Origin: an uncultured Pseudomonadota bacterium
Lineage (GTDB): Bacteria > Pseudomonadota > Alphaproteobacteria > RF32 > CAG-239
Reading direction: 5' to 3'
Assembly: GCA_902763535.1 (NCBI GenBank)
Contig: CACWSG010000001.1
Span: 51,957 to 115,956 of the forward strand
DNA length: 64,000 nucleotides
Shown: one piece after another, positions 20,811-30,568 of the stretch
How positions within the stretch are numbered: position 1 is the stretch's first letter
How the letters are laid out: the number at the start of each line of letters is the position of its first letter
Notes under the pieces: model-generated
Told to the model about the DNA's origin: nothing
Databases searched by the model: none
The model's input: only the letters and a program-made list of their open reading frames with translations
Translations under genes and position numbers: made by a program

Positions 20811-21704
20811 ATGTACGATTTTATCGCCGATCTCAAACAATTCAGTACAGATTTCAATTCTCGCCTGCCGCAATTTTTCAAATTTCCTGCCGGATTAGAA
20901 AAACGCGTCAGCGAAGCTATGTTTTATTCTTTGTCCAACGGTGGAAAGCGTTTGCGTCCTTTTCTGGTTTGTCGCACTGCTCAGCTTTTCAATGTTGATG
21001 AACAAGCTGCTTTTTATGTCGCTGCCTCACTGGAAATGCTTCATACTTATTCATTGATACATGATGACTTGCCGGCTATGGATAATGATGACTTTCGCCG
21101 CGGACACCCGACTTGCCACAAACAATATGACGAAGCAACCGCAATTTTAGCCGGTGATGGTTTATTGACCTATGCTTTTGAAGTTTTGTGTCAAAGTAAA
21201 AACATCTCCGATTCCGTAAAAATAAAACTGTGTTCACTCTTGGCTCAAAGAGCCGGTGCATTTGATGGCATGATTGCCGGACAGATGCTTGATCTTACTA
21301 CCGATCTTTCACCTGAGTTGTCATCTGCTGATACAGTTAAACATATTGAAGAAATGAAAACCGGCTGTCTGATTGCCTATGCTTGTCAGGCCGGTGCTAT
21401 TCTCGGCAATGCTTCAATGAACGAATATGATATTATCAGCCGTTATGCCCGCAACATCGGTATAGCTTTTCAAATCACGGATGATATATTAGATGTAATC
21501 GGTGATTCCGCCAAAATGGGTAAAACTTTGGGCAAAGACAAACAACAATCCAAAATGACCTTTGTATCGCTTTACGGATTGGACACCGCCCGTCAAAAAG
21601 CCGAACAACTGATAAAAGATGCCAAAAAAGAAATAGCTCATTTCGGCGACAAAAGCTTACCCTTACAAAAACTGGCCGATTTTATACTTTCACGCGATCA
21701 TTAA
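20811..21704 (+). CDS. ispA: Polyprenyl (farnesyl/geranylgeranyl) diphosphate synthase
   Basis: First DDxxD motif LIHDDLPAMDNDDFRRGHPTCH and second motif FQITDDILD. Classic xseB-ispA arrangement. Confidence 0.9.
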   Translation: MYDFIADLKQFSTDFNSRLPQFFKFPAGLEKRVSEAMFYSLSNGGKRLRPFLVCRTAQLFNVDEQAAFYVAASLEMLHTYSLIHDDLPAMDNDDFRRGHPTCHKQYDEATAILAGDGLLTYAFEVLCQSKNISDSVKIKLCSLLAQRAGAFDGMIAGQMLDLTTDLSPELSSADTVKHIEEMKTGCLIAYACQAGAILGNASMNEYDIISRYARNIGIAFQITDDILDVIGDSAKMGKTLGKDKQQSKMTFVSLYGLDTARQKAEQLIKDAKKEIAHFGDKSLPLQKLADFILSRDH

Positions 21705-22615
21705 TCCACATCCATAAAGGTCATATAAACATATTTTATGGTTGGCGCCGGATTGGGTACTGAAATCAACAGAGGAACTTTTTCGCCGGCTCGAACAATT
21801 GAACTTTCCATCGTGCGATTTTGGGTTTGCAACAACGAAGTTTCTTTGTCCATAATTTCAACATGGACCAATGGAATCTCAATATTTTTTTCTGTCTGAT
21901 TAAAGATAAAACCTCTTATATCCAGTCTGGTACCTTCACCTTCAGCCAGCATATCCCAGCTTATGTTCTGAAACTCTAGTCCCTCGCCGGCAATTTTAGC
22001 ATTGATACCAAAGGTTTTATATATTCCGTTCATGAAAGGAACTGTCCTGACAATATCATAACGATTGTTAAACAACCAAACGATTCCAAACAAAACCGCA
22101 CCAATTCCCACATACTTCCAATTAATCCTGAAATTCAGCCCCAATATGTTGTGTATCCACAACAATATGCGTTTGTAGAACGGCAGTTTACGCTCTTCAT
22201 TAATCAAATTTTCGGTTCGTTCGGATAAGCGCTCAAAAATATCTTCAATATCAAATTCTTCATCTTCAACTTCAGAATTTTTAGCCTCTGTATCTTCCGT
22301 CGTTGAATTTTCATCCGGTTTAGCATCATCTTGAAACGTATGCTCGTCTTTGGGAGCCTCTGCTGCAACATCTTTTTGTGCAACCGGTGCGGGTTCATCT
22401 ACCGGAGGATTTTTATCTTCTTTAGATTGTCCCCCCATAGCTTCTTGCAACATACCGAAAGCATTTTCCGAAACATCTTCTTCGACAATTTTATCCACAG
22501 TAAAAATCTCGCCGCAAACCCCGCAGCGCATCCGTCTTGACTTGAGTTTCAGCAACTCATCATCAATCTCATATCCTGTATTACATCTGGGACAAAAAAC
22601 TTTCATAAAATCCAA
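21701..22615 (-). CDS. MJ0042-type zinc-ribbon protein with acidic linker and C-terminal membrane-associated domain (DUF3426-like)
   Basis: N-terminus MKVFCPRCNTGYEIDDELL…MRCGVCGEIFTV. Acidic E/D-rich middle region. TM segment GIGAVLFGIVWLF. Confidence 0.65.
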   Translation of the reverse strand: MDFMKVFCPRCNTGYEIDDELLKLKSRRMRCGVCGEIFTVDKIVEEDVSENAFGMLQEAMGGQSKEDKNPPVDEPAPVAQKDVAAEAPKDEHTFQDDAKPDENSTTEDTEAKNSEVEDEEFDIEDIFERLSERTENLINEERKLPFYKRILLWIHNILGLNFRINWKYVGIGAVLFGIVWLFNNRYDIVRTVPFMNGIYKTFGINAKIAGEGLEFQNISWDMLAEGEGTRLDIRGFIFNQTEKNIEIPLVHVEIMDKETSLLQTQNRTMESSIVRAGEKVPLLISVPNPAPTIKYVYMTFMDVD

Positions 22616-22766
22616 CCTCGTTCAATTATCCTCAATATAAAATGAAAAAGATTTTAATCAAAGAAAAAAAACACTTTATTAAATGAATAATTATTGCTAT
22701 CTTCGTTTCAGTAAAATTGCAAAGAGGCAAATCGTGATTAAAAGCAGTCCTAATAATATAATTGAA

Positions 22767-23453
22767 ATGAATAATGTCGGAATCCGCTACGACCAAGGTC
22801 CCGAAATTTTGAGCAATATCAAATTGGCTTTACCGAAAGGATCTTTTCACTTTTTGACCGGACAAAGCGGTGCCGGCAAAACATCACTTTTAAGCCTGAT
22901 GTATTTAGCCCAAAAACCGAGCCGCGGTGATATCAGCATTTTCGGACATAACATAAATTTTGCCAATCACAACCAACTGGCTTCATTTCGCCGCCGAATT
23001 GGCGTTGTGTTTCAAGACTTTCGCTTGCTCGAGCATTTATCTGCTTTTGACAATGTAGCTTTACCCTTGCGAGTCTGTGATATGGACGAGCGCGAAATCA
23101 GAAAACGCGTCACCGAATTTTTAACTTGGGTTGAACTGGATCATCATATGTACGATAAAGCTTCAACCTTATCCGGCGGTGAAAAACAACGCGTTGCCAT
23201 CGCTCGGGCTGTTATCAATCGCCCCGATATTTTGTTGGCTGATGAACCGACCGGCAATGTTGATAATATAATTGCCGGCAAACTGATGAAATTATTTGTC
23301 GAGCTTAACAAAATCGGCACAACAGTCGTCATAGCCACTCACTCTGACAAAATCATCAATGATTTTAAATATCCGCGCCTGCACTTGCAAAATCGCGCCC
23401 TGCATATTTATTATCCGAACAATAATTCGGCTCTGGGAGATATCAATGTCTAA
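22767..23453 (+). CDS. ftsE: Cell-division ABC transporter ATP-binding protein FtsE
   Basis: Walker A GQSGAGKTS, signature LSGGEKQRVAIARA, Walker B ILLADEPT. Start set at internal Met (MNNVGIRYDQG), giving 229 aa. Confidence 0.85.
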   Translation: MNNVGIRYDQGPEILSNIKLALPKGSFHFLTGQSGAGKTSLLSLMYLAQKPSRGDISIFGHNINFANHNQLASFRRRIGVVFQDFRLLEHLSAFDNVALPLRVCDMDEREIRKRVTEFLTWVELDHHMYDKASTLSGGEKQRVAIARAVINRPDILLADEPTGNVDNIIAGKLMKLFVELNKIGTTVVIATHSDKIINDFKYPRLHLQNRALHIYYPNNNSALGDINV

Positions 23454-24360
23454 GCAGCAAATCGTCCCTCGCAAACAAGAATTACAACTTAAAAACGAAA
23501 ACACCGGCCTATTTTTGCAGGTTATTATCTCGATTGCGGTATTCATCTTTGCCATAACCCTATCCGGTGTTTTGGCTGTCAACTCAATGATCGGCAACTG
23601 GAATCGCAGCATATTGGGATCACTGACAGTTCAGGTTATCCCCTCACAAAATCCCAATCAAGAAAAGGCTCTCAGCGAAACCTTGGCTCATCAAGAAAAA
23701 GTTGTTGACTTTTTGCGCTCGGTTAACGGCGTTTTGAAAGTAACTCCTTTAACCAATGAGCAGCTCGGTGAATTACTGACTCCTTGGTTAGGTGATGACA
23801 TATCAATAAATGAGCTTCCGGTTCCTCGTATTATTGATGTTAAAATTGATTCCGATGCTAATATTAATTTCAGCCAGTTATCCAAAGATTTAAATAATGT
23901 TTCGCCTTTGGCATCATTGGACAACCACAAACTTTGGCTCAACAAACTTATTGCCTTTGCTGACGGACTTAAGATGATTGCCACAACTATTTTACTGTTG
24001 GTTTCACTAATCACTTCCGGTGCCATTTTTTACACTACCAAAATGAGTTTAGGACTGCAACGCGGCGTTATTGAGATATTACATATCATCGGTGCAAAAG
24101 ACACTTACATTGCCCAACAATATGCTCGCCACATGGGAGCTTTAGGCTTTATCGGCGGACTGGGCGGAATTGTTTTTGCCATTCCTGCCATATTTTTCAT
24201 CGGCAATTTGGCCTCTGCCATTGAAGGCGGCATTATCAGCGAAACTTCCTTAAGCATATCCGATTGGATTACTATATTATCATTACCGATATTTGCGATG
24301 ATTATCGCCATAACAACCGCATATTATACGGTCAAACAAACCTTAAAGAAGATGCTGTAA
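23446..24360 (+). CDS. ftsX: Cell-division permease FtsX
   Basis: Starts MSKQQIVPRK…, overlapping the ftsE stop. One N-terminal TM, a periplasmic domain and three C-terminal TMs. 305 aa. Confidence 0.8.
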   Translation: MSKQQIVPRKQELQLKNENTGLFLQVIISIAVFIFAITLSGVLAVNSMIGNWNRSILGSLTVQVIPSQNPNQEKALSETLAHQEKVVDFLRSVNGVLKVTPLTNEQLGELLTPWLGDDISINELPVPRIIDVKIDSDANINFSQLSKDLNNVSPLASLDNHKLWLNKLIAFADGLKMIATTILLLVSLITSGAIFYTTKMSLGLQRGVIEILHIIGAKDTYIAQQYARHMGALGFIGGLGGIVFAIPAIFFIGNLASAIEGGIISETSLSISDWITILSLPIFAMIIAITTAYYTVKQTLKKML

Positions 24361-24929
24361 TGATGAGAAAAATTTTCACAATTACCTTTTTTTTATTGAT
24401 CGTTTGGATTGGCGGATTGTTCTACTTCGGCTACTCAATTAACCACTATCAAACCGATACCTCCTCTCATACTGATGCCATAATTGTCTTAACCGGAGGA
24501 CGCAATCGCATTGCGGAAGCATCTAAACTTCTCAACAAAAAAATGGCTGATAAACTATTTATTTCCGGTGTTGACAAAAACACCAACCTAAAAAACATTC
24601 AAAAAACCAACAAAATCAAACAATCATCAATGCGTGATATTGAAATCGGTCGTCAGGCAACCGATACCGAAAGCAATGCTGAAGAAACTTTAAGTTGGGT
24701 TAACAGCCACCATATTGCCTCCATTCGTTTGGTTACATCCAATTACCACATGCCGCGATCGATGTTGGAATTTCGCCACCTTATGCCCGAAATAGAGATA
24801 ATTATGCATCCGGTATATTCTGAACGAATTGAAAAAAAATGGTGGACGAGTTGGCAAACTTTCTCGCTTATTTTTAAAGAATATAATAAATTTATCTTCA
24901 AACTTATACAATATCAATTACAACCATGA
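24360..24929 (+). CDS. YdcF/ElyC-like DUF218 domain protein
   Basis: From internal Met MMRKIFTITFFLLIVWIGG… (TM anchor). DUF218 core VLTGGRNRIAEASKLL…VTSNYHMPRS. Start overlaps the ftsX stop. Confidence 0.65.
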   Translation: MMRKIFTITFFLLIVWIGGLFYFGYSINHYQTDTSSHTDAIIVLTGGRNRIAEASKLLNKKMADKLFISGVDKNTNLKNIQKTNKIKQSSMRDIEIGRQATDTESNAEETLSWVNSHHIASIRLVTSNYHMPRSMLEFRHLMPEIEIIMHPVYSERIEKKWWTSWQTFSLIFKEYNKFIFKLIQYQLQP

Positions 24930-24938
24930 GGTCATTTT

Positions 24939-25703
24939 ATGCTGGTGATTCGTTCTTTGATTTTTAATATATGCGGTTATTCTATAATTGCCATAGGCTG
25001 TATTTTCAATTCGTTATTAGGGGCTATTTCGCCCAAAGCCACCATAAAAACTTGGAACTACTTTTTTATCCCTATGTTTGCTTGGTCGCTTGAGCATATT
25101 GCCGGTATCAAAATAGAGCTCAGAGGACAGCAGTATATCAATCAAGATTGTGGCATCTATGCCGGCAAGCACGAGTCGGCGGTTGAAACTTTTGTTTTGA
25201 CCAAATACCTGAAAAAAGCCTCTTATGTTTTGAAAAAAGAATTGATTTACATTCCGTTTTTCGGTTGGGCTCAAGCTTTTTACGGCATGATTCCGGTCAA
25301 CCGTTCAGCCGGATCGGCTGCCATGAAAAGTATGCTGCGTCGTGCTCAAAATATCAGCCAAGCCAAGCGTCCGATTATCATTTTTCCGGAAGGAACTCGC
25401 AAAGCACCCGAACAAAAACCCGATTACAAACCGGGTGTTGCCCTGCTCTACCAGCACTTAAACATTCCGGTCATACCGATTGCTTCCAATACCGGTTTTT
25501 TCTGGCGCCGCAATTCTTTTATGCGTTACCCCGGCAAAATTATCTTTGAGTTTTTGCCCCCTATTGAGCCGGGCTTGAACAAGCAGGAATTTATGACTAA
25601 ATTGCAGGATACCATTGAACAAAAATGCCATGAACTCAACATGGAAACTATTAAAGAATATCCTCACTTAAAAAAAATGCTTTCATCTGATTATCAAGGA
25701 TAA
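24939..25703 (+). CDS. plsC: 1-acyl-sn-glycerol-3-phosphate acyltransferase (PlsC family)
   Basis: Acyltransferase motifs KHESAVETF (HxxxxD-like) and IIFPEGTR. 254 aa with N-terminal TM. Confidence 0.75.
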   Translation: MLVIRSLIFNICGYSIIAIGCIFNSLLGAISPKATIKTWNYFFIPMFAWSLEHIAGIKIELRGQQYINQDCGIYAGKHESAVETFVLTKYLKKASYVLKKELIYIPFFGWAQAFYGMIPVNRSAGSAAMKSMLRRAQNISQAKRPIIIFPEGTRKAPEQKPDYKPGVALLYQHLNIPVIPIASNTGFFWRRNSFMRYPGKIIFEFLPPIEPGLNKQEFMTKLQDTIEQKCHELNMETIKEYPHLKKMLSSDYQG

Positions 25704-25708
25704 AAACA

Positions 25709-26803
25709 TTGCCCAAAATCTTTACAAAATTTTTTCTTCGTTGCGCTGATTGGATAGGAAATATCCGTCAATTATTCAAACTGAAAATCGGCGCAATTTT
25801 GAGTTTTGTATTTTCATTTGTTTTGGTTTTTTCTTGTCTTTATGTAACAGCCCAACGCGGTATAATGGTAAAAAAAATACGCAAAAGCTTACCGGAAATT
25901 ATTACATCGCTTAACGAGGTTGGGGTTGATCTCGCCTATGATAATATAAAATTTAATCCGGTTGCTTTTTTTCCGCTTATGAAAATAGACAACCCGCAAC
26001 TTTATTCTTTGGATGAGCGCCAATATTGGAATCTTCAATTTGATAACATCAAAATATATACCAATTTGTTAGGATCCCCCCAACTGCAAATAAAATTTGC
26101 CGACCATGGCGCATTTTCGCATGGTAACACTTTATATGAAACAACTTCCGGCAAAACCATACTGCGCATTGATGATTTGCTCTCACAACCGGAATTTCTC
26201 ATCCGCAGTGAGAAGTTTAACATTAAAAATTTGGCCCTCTTTAATAACATAACTTTTTGGCTCAAACCGAGCAATCTTACCGAACAAACCGCCAAGGGGC
26301 TGCCTTTTTACCAGTCACTGCTTGAAATCAATAATGTTACTATAAACGGCATGGTAAACTATCCGCTTTCTTCGTACATTAAAAACATTAGTGCCAAAGC
26401 TGATATTATCGGCAAGTTTTCTTTTGATGACGATTTACTCACCTCTGCCGAAAGTTGGGTAAAGAACGGCGGATTTATGGATGTTCCGCAGCTTATAGTG
26501 CAGTGGGCACCTTTGACCTTGGTCGGAAGAGGCAATGTTCATCTCAACGGAAATTTGCAACCAACCATTAATTTTAACACCTCATCTAAAGGGCTTTTGA
26601 AGCTGATTAAGAGCTTGCAGGAAATATCTTTTATTAACAGTTCTAATGTTTATGTTGCCAATATTCTCTTGAGCAACAAAGCTTTCAGGCTCAATCCCGA
26701 AGATGAAGAATTGACCATTACTACCCCCATCAGCTATTCAGACGGCAAAATCAGTATTGAAAATTTAGTGATTAAAGATTTTGACAAAGAAACTCAGCAA
26801 TAA
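25709..26803 (+). CDS. Hypothetical membrane-anchored protein (alphaproteobacterial DUF2125-like)
   Basis: N-terminal TM (ILSFVFSFVLVFSCLYV) followed by a large soluble domain. Lies downstream of plsC, as seen in Rhizobiales. Confidence 0.35.
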   Translation: MPKIFTKFFLRCADWIGNIRQLFKLKIGAILSFVFSFVLVFSCLYVTAQRGIMVKKIRKSLPEIITSLNEVGVDLAYDNIKFNPVAFFPLMKIDNPQLYSLDERQYWNLQFDNIKIYTNLLGSPQLQIKFADHGAFSHGNTLYETTSGKTILRIDDLLSQPEFLIRSEKFNIKNLALFNNITFWLKPSNLTEQTAKGLPFYQSLLEINNVTINGMVNYPLSSYIKNISAKADIIGKFSFDDDLLTSAESWVKNGGFMDVPQLIVQWAPLTLVGRGNVHLNGNLQPTINFNTSSKGLLKLIKSLQEISFINSSNVYVANILLSNKAFRLNPEDEELTITTPISYSDGKISIENLVIKDFDKETQQ

Positions 26804-27320
26804 TCACTTTGGCCAAGCCATAGCGGCGCGTATCTAACAATTTATATTGTTCCGGCAAGGTACATTCTTCGTTTTTTTCAACCTCAATCAAACATAAAGC
26901 CCCATCGCTCAGCCAACCGGTCATATTGACGAGTGCTTTTTCACTCAGCCCCTTATTATATGGAGCATCCATAAACATAACATCAAACTTTTCACTTTTG
27001 TTGGCAATTTTACAAGCATCACCTTGTATCAGTCTTATCTTATTTTTTTCTTGCGGTAACAAATCGGCATTTTTCTTTGCATCGCTCAAATCAATATCAA
27101 TCATTGTTACAGCAGCAAAACCTTGACTGACTGCCTCCAAACCCAAAGCTCCCGAACCGGAAAAAACATCCAAGAATTTCAACCCGCTGAAATCATTTCC
27201 TAAACGGGCACGCAAAATATTAAACAAAGCTTCTCGCGCTTTGTCTGCTGTCGGACGCACTGCCGCCGACTTGGGTGATAAAAGTTTTTTGCCGCGATAT
27301 TTGCCGCCGATTATCCTCAT
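26772..27320 (-). CDS. rsmD: 16S rRNA (guanine966-N2)-methyltransferase RsmD
   Basis: MRIIGGKYRGKKL…, SAM motif FLDVFSGSGALGLEAVSQG, catalytic MDAPY. 182 aa. Confidence 0.85.
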   Translation of the reverse strand: MRIIGGKYRGKKLLSPKSAAVRPTADKAREALFNILRARLGNDFSGLKFLDVFSGSGALGLEAVSQGFAAVTMIDIDLSDAKKNADLLPQEKNKIRLIQGDACKIANKSEKFDVMFMDAPYNKGLSEKALVNMTGWLSDGALCLIEVEKNEECTLPEQYKLLDTRRYGLAKVIIAEFLCQNL

Positions 27321-28069
27321 AACGCAAATTTGCTCCCCAACTGTTCGCGCAAAACCTTTTGCGGAATCTCTTTCACCTCGCCTTTTTTCATCGCCCCGAG
27401 TTGAAACGGGCCATAAGACAAGCGAATAAGGCGTGATACTTCCAGCCCGAAAAACTTCATCACTTTGCGAATTTCGCGATTCTTGCCTTCCGTTAACGCT
27501 ATTCTAAGCCAAGTATTGGCGCCTTGTTTGGATTCAACTTCGGCTTTTACCGAGCCGTAATTGATACCGTCAATTGTTATTCCTTGGCTCATTTTTTGCA
27601 AATCAGCCTCTTTAACCGCACCAAAAACTCTCACCTTGTAACGCCGAACCCAACCATTGGCCGGTAACTCCAGTTTATGTGCCAACTCTCCGGAATTGGT
27701 CAGCAACAACAATCCTTCGGAATTAAGGTCCAATCGCCCGATGGAAATCACTCTTGGCATTGAGGAGGGTAAATTATCAAACACCGTATTGCGCCCTTTT
27801 TCATCCCTATGGGTGGTAACCAACCCCACCGGTTTGTAATAAAGCCACAGGCGCGTGTTTTCTACTTCCGGTAACTTCTCGCCATCCAGCAGAATTTTCT
27901 CTTCCCCTGACACATTAAAAGCCGGCGATGATACCACCTCACCGTTTACGGTAACTCTTTCCTGTTTGATCAGCTCTTCAGCTTCGCGGCGTGAAGCCAC
28001 TCCGGCCCGCGCCAAAAATTTAGCAATTCGCATCATGATTTTTGTTTCCTTTTTTCTAATCACTAACAC
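27317..28069 (-). CDS. rluB: 23S rRNA pseudouridine synthase (RluB/RsuA family)
   Basis: N-terminal S4 domain (RIAKFLARAGVASRREAEELI) and catalytic RLDLNSEGLLLLTNSGELAHKL. Confidence 0.8.
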   Translation of the reverse strand: MLVIRKKETKIMMRIAKFLARAGVASRREAEELIKQERVTVNGEVVSSPAFNVSGEEKILLDGEKLPEVENTRLWLYYKPVGLVTTHRDEKGRNTVFDNLPSSMPRVISIGRLDLNSEGLLLLTNSGELAHKLELPANGWVRRYKVRVFGAVKEADLQKMSQGITIDGINYGSVKAEVESKQGANTWLRIALTEGKNREIRKVMKFFGLEVSRLIRLSYGPFQLGAMKKGEVKEIPQKVLREQLGSKFAL

Positions 28070-28094
28070 AAATTGCTAAAAATACAATTAAAAA

Positions 28095-28130
28095 GTCCCC
28101 TAATTTTTAATTTAAGGGACTCTTATTAGA
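28095..28130 (-). terminator. Rho-independent terminator after the 415-aa hypothetical gene
   Basis: agtccc-loop-gggact hairpin with T-run on the minus strand. Confidence 0.55.
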
Positions 28131-28159
28131 TTAATTATATCTTGATACTAAAGATTATT

Positions 28160-29407
28160 TTATCTACTTGATCCTTCTCTTGCGGCAACTTTATCAAGAG
28201 TGCTTTTGGTAACCGGCTTGCTTTCCGGCTTTTTGCCGCGTAATTGCTCAACGCGGTATGCCATACGTTGTTCTGATGACATTCCTTCCATAGCTTTGGC
28301 GCGTTCAGCTAATTTATCAACACCTGTAGTGTTTTGAATATCCTTAACACCAATATTTTCTTTTGCTTTATTTTTAATTATGTCATCAAACTTGTTACGC
28401 AATACAAATTGACAAAAATAATCTGATATGTCACTTCCATAAGGTCCTCCACCACTGGAAAGACCAAATTGCTGATGAGGTCCTTCAAGAATCCACTTTC
28501 CATCTTGTCCATATCCCATACATCTTTCTTTACGGCGATTTATATCCAGATTTTTACATTGCTCTTCTGTCCAACCATTTGCCTTAAGAATCTCTTCTTC
28601 TTTTTGGCGATAAACATTACATATTTCACTAGTGGGAACCTTACCGTTAAGATTATCTTTAGGTAAGTCAGCTAATTTCTGCTTTAAATCACTATCATAC
28701 TCTAAAGCTTGCCTCGCTGGACCATTTTTAATTTGTACAATCTCCATTTCATAATTACGACCATAATCCCGTGAGTTACTTTCAGATGCCATCATCATTC
28801 CATGAAAGACATTTTTTGTGGCTTGCATTCTAGCCTCTTCATTGTATTGTTCCGCTCTTGAATATTCTCTCGCTTTCGCCTCTACTAAACGCGGATCAAC
28901 TATTTTTCCAGCTACCTCCACCTCCTTAAGAAAAATTTGAGTAGCAATAGATTTCTCCTCATCTTCCATACTGCTAAGCTTTTCTCTAGTTTTAGGAAAA
29001 TCATCAGTAAACTCAACAGCCGCACGACAAGCATCAGGATCTTTAGAAATATCTTGCAACTCCTTGATATAATATTTCATATTCGGATATTTATCAAGTA
29101 AATCAGGATTCTTCTCCAAAAACTCATTTAAACCATCATCATTTCCTGAACGATAAATTCCTCTTCTGATATTGGTTAATTGATTATAAAGCTCAACATC
29201 ATGTTGATTTTGTAGATCCAGTCCAGATAAATTCCTTAGCGAATAATCAGCTTCACTTTCATGCCTTATGGCAGCATCATAGGGTCTAATTTTATTTTTT
29301 ACATCAGATTCTTTCTGCTTTAAAAGTTCAATATCTTTTAAAGATGTTGAAGCTTCCATAATATTAGAAAATGGAACTTCATCTAACCAACTCATATCGT
29401 AAATCAT
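28160..29407 (-). CDS. Hypothetical protein (415 aa, no recognisable domain, no signal peptide)
   Basis: Long ORF with its own terminator and an AT-rich upstream region. Sits between rluB and tadA. Confidence 0.5.
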   Translation of the reverse strand: MIYDMSWLDEVPFSNIMEASTSLKDIELLKQKESDVKNKIRPYDAAIRHESEADYSLRNLSGLDLQNQHDVELYNQLTNIRRGIYRSGNDDGLNEFLEKNPDLLDKYPNMKYYIKELQDISKDPDACRAAVEFTDDFPKTREKLSSMEDEEKSIATQIFLKEVEVAGKIVDPRLVEAKAREYSRAEQYNEEARMQATKNVFHGMMMASESNSRDYGRNYEMEIVQIKNGPARQALEYDSDLKQKLADLPKDNLNGKVPTSEICNVYRQKEEEILKANGWTEEQCKNLDINRRKERCMGYGQDGKWILEGPHQQFGLSSGGGPYGSDISDYFCQFVLRNKFDDIIKNKAKENIGVKDIQNTTGVDKLAERAKAMEGMSSEQRMAYRVEQLRGKKPESKPVTKSTLDKVAAREGSSR

Positions 29408-29557
29408 AATTGCATCCTCCTAATTATTTCATTCATATTTTCATTATACCACCCCACTAGACAAAAGTAAACATAATTTTATTTTTTTTATAAAAAGTTT
29501 TGCTTGCCTTTTTATGCAAAATCATTTTTTATATATCGCAGTTAAAGGAAAAATTTT

Positions 29558-30010
29558 ATGACACCTGAAGATTATATGCAACTTGCCTTAGCGCAAGCAC
29601 AAAAAGCCGCTGCAATTGATGAAATACCGGTCGGTTGTTTGATTGTCAATCCTGCCAAAAATGAAGTTATTGCCGCCACCCACAACCGCAACCAACACAC
29701 TTTTGATGCTACGGCTCATGCCGAGATTTTAGCCATTCGTCAGGCTTGCGAAAAATTATCTCAAAATCGCCTTTGGGATATGGATATGTATGTAACCCTA
29801 GAGCCTTGTGCCATGTGTGCTGCCGCCATTTCTTTTGCCCGTATCAAAAATCTTTATTTTGGAGCTTTTGATGAAAAAGGCGGTGCGGTCGTCAACGGGG
29901 TTAAATTTTATGAGCAAAAAATTTGCCACCATAAACCCGAAATCTATGGTGGCATCTTAGAAAAACAATGCTCGGAAATATTAAAGCAATTCTTTCAAAA
30001 TAAACGATAG
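29558..30010 (+). CDS. tadA: tRNA-specific adenosine(34) deaminase TadA
   Basis: CDA zinc motifs HAEILAIRQAC and TLEPCAMCAAAI. 150 aa. Confidence 0.9.
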   Translation: MTPEDYMQLALAQAQKAAAIDEIPVGCLIVNPAKNEVIAATHNRNQHTFDATAHAEILAIRQACEKLSQNRLWDMDMYVTLEPCAMCAAAISFARIKNLYFGAFDEKGGAVVNGVKFYEQKICHHKPEIYGGILEKQCSEILKQFFQNKR

Positions 30011-30011
30011 C

Positions 30012-30446
30012 TTATTCAATTTCCAATCTTACGGCAAAATCATTTTCCTCTATATTATCAACATTTGCCTTGTCTTCATCGCGGACATAATTGGCAACTA
30101 TAATTGCTTCACCGGGCTTTAAGGTTTTGATCTTATAAAAACTCTTTCCGCCGACACCGACCATACCTTCCGGATTTTCATCAGCAACATATCTTTCATC
30201 CACTTCTTCGACTATGCCGTCATCTTTGACATAGGTGATATATTGCCAACTGTAACCGGTTGTGGCATTAGCCTCCAACTCAACTTCAACTTCTTGTCCC
30301 GCCTTTATTGTCACAATTGCTCCACTGTCTTGTGCGCTCAAACCGACAATATCCTCACTTGCCGCAACTACATCAGCATTCTTTTCAGCATCCTTTTGTC
30401 CGCAAGCCGCCAACAACATTGCTACCAATAACAAATATTTCTTCAT
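30012..30446 (-). CDS. Lipoprotein with chagasin-like (I42) cysteine-peptidase inhibitor domain
   Basis: Lipobox LLAACGQ, then NATTGYSWQY (chagasin NPTTGY[RS]W signature) and a beta-rich Ig-like core. Confidence 0.65.
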   Translation of the reverse strand: MKKYLLLVAMLLAACGQKDAEKNADVVAASEDIVGLSAQDSGAIVTIKAGQEVEVELEANATTGYSWQYITYVKDDGIVEEVDERYVADENPEGMVGVGGKSFYKIKTLKPGEAIIVANYVRDEDKANVDNIEENDFAVRLEIE

Positions 30447-30568
30447 TTTGTTCCTTGCCTTTCCAAATAATTAGCCTCGTACCTTATGCTATACAATATA
30501 ATCTTTTTTGTAAATCAAAAAATGAACTTTTGTTTATAAAACAAGTACATCTTTATTCCAAGGCGCAA

